DNA from: Candidatus Nanohaloarchaea archaeon
GTDB taxonomy: Archaea; Nanohalarchaeota; Nanosalinia; Nanosalinales; Nanosalinaceae
Assembly (NCBI GenBank): GCA_042218325.1
Contig: JBDGRE010000006.1
Coordinates: forward strand, 1-56,532
Reading direction: 5' to 3'
DNA: 56,532 nt
Shown: one piece after another, positions 1 to 7,388 of the stretch
Layout of the letters: each line of letters starts with the position of its first letter
How positions within the stretch are numbered: position 1 is the stretch's first letter
The notes under the pieces: model-generated
Database searches by the model: none
What the model was told of the DNA's origin: nothing
Seen by the model: the letters and a program-made list of their open reading frames with translations, nothing else
Made by a program: the position numbers and the translations under genes

Positions 1-466
1 TTGGTCTATTCCCAGGAGTTACGACCCATGGCAGAAATTCGTTCAGGACTTCAGGTACTTCCTTTAACGCCATTATGTACTTCACACTCTGGTATTCCTC
101 CGGATCTGCGTTTTTCACCCATTCTACGACTTCTGGAAGCGTACCTGTAATTACTTCTGGAGGCAAATCACCAGCACGAGGCAGAGTTGTCCCTAGATCC
201 TCTACATTTACAGTTTCTTTCCTCCAGGAACAAGATTCGAATACTTCCAGTCTATAGTCGGGATTGCTGTCTAATTTCCGTAACAAGTTTTTCTTCTCTT
301 CAAGATTGTAATCTTTCTTCTGGTATTCCTTCCTGACTTTCTCCACTATTTCTTCTTTCAACTCTTCACCATCAGCAGAACTCTCAGCAATTCTGCTCTG
401 TATATCTTGCTGCTTACAGAGCTCCCACAAAAGATAATTATCAATAGATTCCTCGGTAGCAGTCAT
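1..466 (-). CDS. Hypothetical protein, runs off the left end
   Basis: Own translation from ATG 466: MTATEESIDNYLLWELCKQQ... open to position 1; absent from ORF track because no stop in window. Confidence 0.75.
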   Translation of the reverse strand, partial: MTATEESIDNYLLWELCKQQDIQSRIAESSADGEELKEEIVEKVRKEYQKKDYNLEEKKNLLRKLDSNPDYRLEVFESCSWRKETVNVEDLGTTLPRAGDLPPEVITGTLPEVVEWVKNADPEEYQSVKYIMALKEVPEVLNEFLPWVVTPGNRP

Positions 467-552
467 AAGAAACAGTCTATTACTGGAGATTATAGGTTTA
501 ATCTCTGTATCCTTAACTCAGAGAAAATAGGAAAAGAAAGATTGGATGGCTG

Positions 553-1992
553 CTACTTCATCATTGGGAATAGCAGTACATCTCTGATTGATTCTTGGTC
601 TGTCATCAGCATCACCATTCTGCCTATACCGATTCCCAGTCCGCCTGTAGGAGGCATACCGAGCTCCAGTGCTTCCACGAAGTCCATGTCGATAGGATGT
701 GCTTCATCATCGCCTTCATCCTGACGCCGCTGCTCTTCCTCAAACAGATTCCTCTGCCTAATCGGATCTCGAAGCTCTGTATATGCGTTGCATAGTTCCA
801 TGCCTGCTGCGAACGACTCAAACCTCTCGATCAATCCATCTTCATCCCTATGCTGCATACAGAGCGGAGTAGTCTCTTCCGGATGGTTGATAATGTGGAC
901 TGGCTGAATCAGGTTCTCTTCCGCAACTTCCTCAAACAGTTCGGCGATTGCCAAACCTCTCTCGTAGTCCGAGTTAAGTTCCACACCATATTCTTCCATC
1001 CGCTCTCGGATCTCTTCGTCGCTGAGTTCTTGGACATCGAATCCGCCGTATTCCTGGATGGCTTCTCTCATCGTCATTCTTGGCCATGGAGTGGAGAAGT
1101 CGAGAACTTCTCCTTGATACTCGACTTCAGCAGAGCCAGTCGCTTCTATCGCAACCCGCTCATACAGCTGCTCCATCAGCTCCATCATGTCCTCGTAGTC
1201 AGCGTAAGCCTGGTAAATCTCCATCATAGTGAACTCAGGATTGTGTGTGGTGTCGATCGACTCGTTCCTGAAGTTTTTCGTGATTTCGAAGATTCTCTCG
1301 TAGCCGCCGATAATCAGTCTTTTGAGGTAGAGTTCTGGTGAAATATTCAGGTAGTGTTCTTGATCCAGAGCGTTGACGTGTGTTGTGAATGGCTCTGCGG
1401 CTGCTCCTCCGTATACCGGCTGGATTGTCGGAGTTTCCACCTCCATAAATTCTCTATCTTCGAGGAAGTCCCTGATTTCAGAGATTATCTGGCTCCTGGT
1501 TCTGAAGGTGTCTCTTGCATCCATATCGGTGATAAGATGGAGGGCTCTGTTCCTGTACTGTAGCTCTTCATCTTCTACCCCAAAGTGTTCTTTTGGCACG
1601 TGTCTGATGCCACGTGAAAGCACCTCTAAGTCCTGTGACATCAGGGAGAACTCTTCTTTATCCGTGTAGGTCAGAGTTCCCTCTACTCCGATAATGTCAC
1701 CTCGGTAGAGGCTTTCAACTTCTTCCAGTAGCTCCTCGTCGTCTCGGACGATTATCTGGATTTCTTCTCTTTCTCCTCTCAGGTCGAGAAATACAAGTTC
1801 TCCGAAGTCTCTTATCTCCATCACTCTGCCAGCGGTTGAAAACTCGTCTTCTGGCAGTTCGTCTTCGTTTCCTTCGTCAAATTCTTGGAGTTCTTCTACT
1901 GTGTGGCTGCGGTCGAAGTTGTAGGAGTAGGCTTCGCTGTTTTCTCTCAGATTTCGTAGCTGTTCTAACCGTTCTTCTCTTTCATCTGTCAT
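553..1992 (-). CDS. lysS: Lysyl-tRNA synthetase, class II
   Basis: OB-fold anticodon domain; FMEVETP, PELYLKRL, FRNE..D.THNPEFTM.E.Y, GMPPTGGLGIG motifs. Confidence 0.95.
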   Translation of the reverse strand: MTDEREERLEQLRNLRENSEAYSYNFDRSHTVEELQEFDEGNEDELPEDEFSTAGRVMEIRDFGELVFLDLRGEREEIQIIVRDDEELLEEVESLYRGDIIGVEGTLTYTDKEEFSLMSQDLEVLSRGIRHVPKEHFGVEDEELQYRNRALHLITDMDARDTFRTRSQIISEIRDFLEDREFMEVETPTIQPVYGGAAAEPFTTHVNALDQEHYLNISPELYLKRLIIGGYERIFEITKNFRNESIDTTHNPEFTMMEIYQAYADYEDMMELMEQLYERVAIEATGSAEVEYQGEVLDFSTPWPRMTMREAIQEYGGFDVQELSDEEIRERMEEYGVELNSDYERGLAIAELFEEVAEENLIQPVHIINHPEETTPLCMQHRDEDGLIERFESFAAGMELCNAYTELRDPIRQRNLFEEEQRRQDEGDDEAHPIDMDFVEALELGMPPTGGLGIGIGRMVMLMTDQESIRDVLLFPMMK

Positions 1993-2840
1993 TCTTGTTC
2001 ACCAATAATATCTGTTTGAAGTTCCCCGGAATATACGGTTTCTGCTGGGCCTGTCATGGCTGCTTGATTTTCTTCTATATCTATCTCTACTTCTCCTCCC
2101 CTGGTTTCAACCGTGATTGGATTTTGCATGCCTCTTAATCTATGGGCTATGATTGCTGATGCTGTGGCTCCCGTTCCACAGGCGAGTGTTTCTTCTTCAA
2201 CACCTCTCTCATATGTCCTGATTCTAATTCTATCTTCGCTTATGATTTCCACGAAATTGACATTTGCACCTGATTCGGGGACGAAGTCTGCGTTTCTGAT
2301 TCTTCTTCCAAGTTCTGATACATCAGTTTCTGAGATGTCGTCCTGAATTACTACTAAGTGGGGTTCTCCCGTGTTGACTCCTGAAATCTCGAAAACTTCT
2401 CCGCCAACTTCGATCTCTTCCTGTAGCAGTGGTTCTTCTGAATCATCTACTGTGAACTCGGATCTTGCGAAACTGCAGCATCCCATGTCGACATGGTAAA
2501 GCCCTGATGTTCTCTCAATTGTTCTGATACCTGCCTGTGTCTCTATGTCAAGTGGGAAGTCGAACCCGTTTTGGTATAGGTAGTGTGCTACGCACCTGAT
2601 GCCGTTTCCGCACATATCTGCTTCTGTGCCGTCTGGTTCGAAAATTCTCATCTCTGCATCTGCTTCATTTGAACTCCCTACGTATAGGATGTCGTTAGCT
2701 CCTATTCCAAAGTTTCTTCTGCAGTATTCTTCTGCCATTTCAGACAGCTCTTCAGGTTCCAACTCGGCTTCGAAATCTTCTATCACTATGAAATCGTTGC
2801 CGAGGCCGTGCATCTTTGTGAACTCTAAATTACTCACCAT
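1989..2840 (-). CDS. dapF: Diaminopimelate epimerase family
   Basis: FTKMHGLGNDF, MCGNGIRC, TGEPH, GANVNF, YERGVEEETLACGTG; both catalytic Cys present. Confidence 0.93.
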   Translation of the reverse strand: MVSNLEFTKMHGLGNDFIVIEDFEAELEPEELSEMAEEYCRRNFGIGANDILYVGSSNEADAEMRIFEPDGTEADMCGNGIRCVAHYLYQNGFDFPLDIETQAGIRTIERTSGLYHVDMGCCSFARSEFTVDDSEEPLLQEEIEVGGEVFEISGVNTGEPHLVVIQDDISETDVSELGRRIRNADFVPESGANVNFVEIISEDRIRIRTYERGVEEETLACGTGATASAIIAHRLRGMQNPITVETRGGEVEIDIEENQAAMTGPAETVYSGELQTDIIGEQE

Positions 2841-3864
2841 AGTTCACCTCTGCCGACCTTACAAGATTGTTCAATAGATTGAGGAAATCTTGCCTACGGT
2901 TTGGTTGATCGTCCGTCTCTGGCTCAAATCGGTAGTCTGATAGAGCTCCGGAATTTTCCGAAGCAACTCCGCTTTCTACATCGAGTTCTCCTTCGTAGTC
3001 CAGTATTCGGTATGCTGCGTTCCAGGCACTTGACTCTCTGTTATGGTGGTCTCTGTCGAAAGGATGAGTAACTGAATAGAACTCAGCGTTTGTCTGGTTG
3101 GAGAGCTCTTCTTCTATTTCTTCTCCTCTCCATTCGGATTCTGGGCCGTAGATGTCGTGGTAGTTTGGAGGATAGAAGGTGACTACTGCATCGTTTTCTT
3201 CGGCCAGTCGCTGTGATCTTACGATTTCTGCTGCTCTGCAGCTGAGCCTATCGCCCTCATAAACAGGTATATTTGTGTCTTCCAGTACTTGTTCGGCAAG
3301 TTCGATTTCCTGCTGAGAGGGGTTTGTTTTAATCTCTCTTTCATCGACAGGCTGAATATCTGCTTCCAGATTCTGTGATGCAATTTCCTGTAGGCTGTTT
3401 ACTGCTTCAGAGTATGTTTCATCAGTTTCTTCGCCGTCCAGAATGCTGACAAGGCTATATTCGCCTGAAAATGATTGCCCCAGCCTATCTGCTACTGTAG
3501 CCGTTCCTATGAAGTCTGAAGGTTCGGTTCTCCCAAGGTTGTAGGGAATTATATCGAAGACTACCTGCTCATAGTTTCCAGCATCAACATCCCTGAACTG
3601 TTCTGTTTGTGGTTCAAGAGGATTTTCTCTTACAGTTTCCCTGATTTCTGAGCGTTCTCCGTCTTCAAGTCGGTAAAGTTCCAGAGCGGTTTCCCATCTT
3701 TCCTCTGAATCCGCCCAGTTTTCGACATGTTCGAGGTTAGATGCTCTCTGTCTAACTACTGTGTCTTGTGGAACATGGTCAGGTACTTCTGTTTCCAGAT
3801 TTTCGAGAGTTTCAATAGAATCTATTACCTCTAGTGGAGGTAATTCTGACCTTAAAGCGTTCAC
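2830..3864 (-). CDS. Hypothetical protein, possibly a degenerate class I aaRS (ArgRS-like) catalytic fold
   Basis: 344-aa acidic ORF overlapping dapF start; three segments fall in ArgRS motif register but HIGH is replaced by PSDF (by-eye alignment). Confidence 0.6.
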   Translation of the reverse strand: MNALRSELPPLEVIDSIETLENLETEVPDHVPQDTVVRQRASNLEHVENWADSEERWETALELYRLEDGERSEIRETVRENPLEPQTEQFRDVDAGNYEQVVFDIIPYNLGRTEPSDFIGTATVADRLGQSFSGEYSLVSILDGEETDETYSEAVNSLQEIASQNLEADIQPVDEREIKTNPSQQEIELAEQVLEDTNIPVYEGDRLSCRAAEIVRSQRLAEENDAVVTFYPPNYHDIYGPESEWRGEEIEEELSNQTNAEFYSVTHPFDRDHHNRESSAWNAAYRILDYEGELDVESGVASENSGALSDYRFEPETDDQPNRRQDFLNLLNNLVRSAEVNYGE

Positions 3865-3951
3865 CTGAAGTTGTTCGGCTCATACTCAACTATTTGTTTG
3901 TATGATTATTATAGTTAAAGTTTTAAATCAAACAAAATACAAATTTAGTAT
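3865..3951. promoter_or_regulatory. Divergent AT-rich promoter with inverted repeat TTTGTTTG/CAAACAAA
   Basis: IR arms 3893-3900 and 3929-3936 flank TATA-like TTTTAAAT. Confidence 0.5.
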
Positions 3952-4650
3952 ATGAAATCAGACAAAAATGATGTTTCAGTAGCCGAAGCAACCAGAGAAT
4001 TACTGGACAAAAAGCCGTTTCTGAAGGAATTAATGGATATGGACGCAGTCAACTACCGAGGACTTGCCAGAAACTTCAAAGAACAAGTCAAGGAGAAAAC
4101 AGGCAAAGAAAAAGTAAACCTAGACTCAATAGTAGTAGCGATCCGAAGATACGAGGAAGACCTATCACTGACTGATAGCTGGACGGAAAGAATACAGAGA
4201 GTGCTTCAAGACTCCGAACTATCCATGGCTGGAGACATAATCTACTACACACTACCAAGAGAAAGAAAATACCACGAACTCGCACTAGACCTCTATGACC
4301 AGATAGACCGCAGAAGCGGAGACCGGATATACCTACTACAATCAGACGCCGAAATCGGACTTGTAACAAACAAAAGCAACCTTGACCTCATCGAAGACAA
4401 AGTAGACGAAACAGATATCAAACATGTCGAGCGAAACGCAGCCATGGTAGTAATGGATTCCCCCGAAGAAATACTCGAAGCAAACGGAATACTATCCTAC
4501 CTCACAGAAAAAATAATCTCCAACGGCATAGGCGTCCTTGAAATGTTCTCAACCTACACAGAAACAGTATTTCTGGTAAGAGAAGAACAAAGCACACAGC
4601 TATATTCTACACTGAGAGGATTGATAAATCAGAACAGCGATCAGTCCTGA
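3952..4650 (+). CDS. Archaeal ACT-domain amino-acid-sensing regulator
   Basis: N-terminal VNYRGLAR/SIVVAIRRY helical domain; C-terminal ACT (GILSYL...STYTETVFLV). Confidence 0.8.
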   Translation: MKSDKNDVSVAEATRELLDKKPFLKELMDMDAVNYRGLARNFKEQVKEKTGKEKVNLDSIVVAIRRYEEDLSLTDSWTERIQRVLQDSELSMAGDIIYYTLPRERKYHELALDLYDQIDRRSGDRIYLLQSDAEIGLVTNKSNLDLIEDKVDETDIKHVERNAAMVVMDSPEEILEANGILSYLTEKIISNGIGVLEMFSTYTETVFLVREEQSTQLYSTLRGLINQNSDQS

Positions 4651-4922
4651 TTTTCTATGTAGTCGAGCTTTTTCTTATGAAGTCTATTGGCTCTCTTGAG
4701 TCTGGTTACGCTGGTTAATGCCTTGGTCAGCTTATCTCCGAAGGAATTGTCCCTATTTCTTTCCTTGCCGTTTAGCAGGTCGAGTATGAAGTTGAGTTTT
4801 CGTTCTTCTCCCCAGTCTCCGATCTCTTCCGCTACATCTTTTAACGGTATATCTTCCTCTATCAGTTGTTCAGGTGAAAAGGAGTTCTGGTCTCTCCATT
4901 CGTCCAGTATGTCTCGGTTCAT
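4641..4922 (-). CDS. Hypothetical protein
   Basis: 93-aa ORF coupled (ATGA) to the upstream gene. Confidence 0.7.
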   Translation of the reverse strand: MNRDILDEWRDQNSFSPEQLIEEDIPLKDVAEEIGDWGEERKLNFILDLLNGKERNRDNSFGDKLTKALTSVTRLKRANRLHKKKLDYIENQD

Positions 4923-5215
4923 TCTGTCAGCCTCCAGTAGGTTGTATCTGATACTTCTTCGCTGTCTGGTTCGTATTTGATTGCTACTCCCAGTTTCTGC
5001 AGGTGTTTCAGGGCTTTCTGAACCGTTCTTTTGTCTGCGTCTATTGCTTTTTGGAGTTCGTATTCGGTTTTTGGTCTTTTCTTCAGTTCTTCCTGTATCA
5101 GGTCTCGTATTAGGTTCTGGCTTCTTCGACCATCTGTTTCGTGTTTGGAGAGTTCTTCTCGCACCATTTCTCTGATGACTTCGTGGACTTCGTCAAGTTC
5201 CTCCAGCTTAACCAT
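4919..5215 (-). CDS. Winged-HTH protein
   Basis: KTEYELQKAIDADKRTVQKALKHLQKLG followed by wing TYWRL. Confidence 0.75.
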   Translation of the reverse strand: MVKLEELDEVHEVIREMVREELSKHETDGRRSQNLIRDLIQEELKKRPKTEYELQKAIDADKRTVQKALKHLQKLGVAIKYEPDSEEVSDTTYWRLTE

Positions 5216-5325
5216 GCTTCAACACACCTCTCCAGGTTTTGTCCGAGGTAACGGAGACCTGTTTATAAAGCAGTCATAGGTTAAGCACCGTATCTGGCGG
5301 TCGAAAACCAGGTATGAGTGACTTG

Positions 5326-5502
5326 TCATCTTTCTACCTCCGTCAGGGTCTCGCCCCACATTTTGGAAATTGCCCATCTTTTCCCGCAGTTCTTGCATTT
5401 CTTTCCATGTCCTCCTGCCTCTCCCTCCAAGTTAACTAAGTCAGAGCTCTGGCAGTAGGGACAGACATCATATCCGAAACCGTACTCTCTACCTGCTTTC
5501 AT
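5326..5502 (-). CDS. Small zinc-ribbon protein (58 aa)
   Basis: Own translation MKAGREYGFGYDVCPYCQSSDL...KKCKNCGKRW; SD GGAGGTGA upstream. Confidence 0.7.
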   Translation of the reverse strand: MKAGREYGFGYDVCPYCQSSDLVNLEGEAGGHGKKCKNCGKRWAISKMWGETLTEVER

Positions 5503-5950
5503 TAGATCCTGTCACCTCCTTCAGTTGCTGGTAGGCTTTCCAGAATCTACAGTCGTCGCCATGGTTATTGATTACCTGGATATGGTTCCCGCAGCTTTCA
5601 CAAGTTCCGTTTTCTGCCTTAGGAAACCGAGTGCATTCTACAATATCGCCGTCCGAGTCTACAGGGGCAAGAAACACTCCTGCTCCCGTAACGGAACGCT
5701 CTATATGAAGCTGACCGCATTCCAGGCATCTGTAGTCCCAATCACGATCATCGTCAAAGTCAGCAGTTCCTACAAAGTTTAGCATCCAGTTTCTCAGGTT
5801 ATCGTGACGGCTACTCCTATCTTCCGAGGTAGGAGGATTATCTTGGAACAAATCTTGTCTGCATCTCTGGCACTTACGACCCTCTAATATGACGCATTTC
5901 TCACAGACCGAGTGTTCGCCGCAACAGTTCTGTATATCAACAAACTTCAC
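5489..5950 (-). CDS. Cys-rich zinc-binding protein
   Basis: CCGEHSVCEKC..CQRC, CLECG, CESCG motifs. Confidence 0.7.
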   Translation of the reverse strand: MKFVDIQNCCGEHSVCEKCVILEGRKCQRCRQDLFQDNPPTSEDRSSRHDNLRNWMLNFVGTADFDDDRDWDYRCLECGQLHIERSVTGAGVFLAPVDSDGDIVECTRFPKAENGTCESCGNHIQVINNHGDDCRFWKAYQQLKEVTGSNESR

Positions 5951-6336
5951 GGTTTATCACCTCCATGACTATCTTCGGAAGGGCTTACTTCATCTAACAG
6001 TTTCAGGATAATTTCTCCGTGGCATAGTTCGTCCGGTGAGCAGTGTCTGCCCAGCTTCTTGCCCTGTAACTGGTTGAAACGGTTTCTGAAGTCTTTGTCG
6101 TGTTTGAGTCGGGTGCGGAGAATTGCTTCATATAGCCTGACTGCTTCTTGGCGAGAATGCTTTCTGTCGCAGGTAGGACATTTCAGCCATATGCTGTCGT
6201 CTTCTTCCGTTACTGTGTGCGGGTTTCCGAGCCAGCCCTGCTTCCCTGGTTCTGTGTTTAAGATGTGTTTTTGTCCACTTTCGGCTCTGCCGATGTATTC
6301 ATCGAAGTCTTCTGAAACGTTGACAAGTTCTGCCAT
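5947..6336 (-). CDS. DUF4326-like protein (virus/plasmid associated)
   Basis: YIGR..WLGNP..LQGKKLG.HC.P..CHGEII pattern. Confidence 0.8.
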   Translation of the reverse strand: MAELVNVSEDFDEYIGRAESGQKHILNTEPGKQGWLGNPHTVTEEDDSIWLKCPTCDRKHSRQEAVRLYEAILRTRLKHDKDFRNRFNQLQGKKLGRHCSPDELCHGEIILKLLDEVSPSEDSHGGDKP

Positions 6337-6343
6337 TCCCTCT

Positions 6344-7207
6344 TCACCTCAAAAGTTCAGCCTGAAGATCATTCCAGAATTTTTCTTCCTCTTCATTTTT
6401 GGCCTGAGCAGCGAGGTCGCCGATTATTGTTCCTCCGCTTAGCTGGTATCCGCAGCCTGGACAGGTAACCATGACCCAGAACTTGTCTGCCGATTCAAGG
6501 TGAGGATAGGATGTTCTTCCAGAAATGCCTACGCCTCCAAAGTAAGTTATCGGCGTATCCTCTCCGATGATGAACTTCTGCGGTTCTTTATCCTCCAGAG
6601 GAAGTGGTTCGCTGTATTTACAGTTGCTGTTGTGTTGGCAGTGAAGTGCCTCCCCCTCTATCTCTGCGATCATCTTTCCGAGTTTGCCTGTTTCCTCTCC
6701 GTTGGCAATCACAGTTCCTCTGTTGGGATAACCTCTCCTTGATTTGAGCTCTGATTCCAGTCTTCCGGCTGCCTTATCACTCAGGCTGTACCTCCAGAGC
6801 TCGAAGTCTTCAGCCCTGTTCAGGTAGCTTTCTACTTTTTCTACGACTTCTTCCGATGCTGGCCTTATTTCAGCATCTGTGCCGGGCACGGTTTCTGCAG
6901 GTGCTTTGAGTTTGTCTCCGTCTTCCCGGAGTTCGCCGAGGATTTCAAGCTCTGCTTTCCAAGGCGAAATCATGGTTTCCTTGTGGAAGAAGGCTGGTGC
7001 TTCTGTTCTCTCCTTATTCAAGGATTTGACTTGAGAAAGGAACTTTTTCTCCCTGTCTTCCAGTAACAGGATGTCATCGATTTCTGGATGGTTTTCGAAG
7101 ACGGCTTTAACACCGTCTTTAGTGCTTGCGTAGGTAATTTGTGGTTCTTCGAGTTTCATGGGTAGTAATTCACCTATAGTATCATTTTTCGAGTCTAAGC
7201 TTCGCAA
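6344..7207 (-). CDS. Hypothetical protein with C/H zinc-ligand motifs
   Basis: 287-aa ORF, CQH..C and CPGCG; true start may be internal (MKLEEP). Confidence 0.7.
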   Translation of the reverse strand: MRSLDSKNDTIGELLPMKLEEPQITYASTKDGVKAVFENHPEIDDILLLEDREKKFLSQVKSLNKERTEAPAFFHKETMISPWKAELEILGELREDGDKLKAPAETVPGTDAEIRPASEEVVEKVESYLNRAEDFELWRYSLSDKAAGRLESELKSRRGYPNRGTVIANGEETGKLGKMIAEIEGEALHCQHNSNCKYSEPLPLEDKEPQKFIIGEDTPITYFGGVGISGRTSYPHLESADKFWVMVTCPGCGYQLSGGTIIGDLAAQAKNEEEEKFWNDLQAELLR

Positions 7208-7388
7208 CGTGGTAGGCGTAGTCTTCTCCGACCACGGGCTCTAAACTGATTTTATCCGAGTTATCCAGAGAATCAACGACTTCCATCCGTGGCTCATCCT
7301 CAAGCTCTTTATCCAGGTCAGGCAACGGCATCTCCTGACTTTCCTGCTGGTTAAGGACGCCGATAGCTTTTGCCTCGATCCTATCCAT
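7182..7388 (-). CDS. Hypothetical protein
   Basis: 68-aa ORF overlapping helicase stop. Confidence 0.65.
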   Translation of the reverse strand: MDRIEAKAIGVLNQQESQEMPLPDLDKELEDEPRMEVVDSLDNSDKISLEPVVGEDYAYHVAKLRLEK

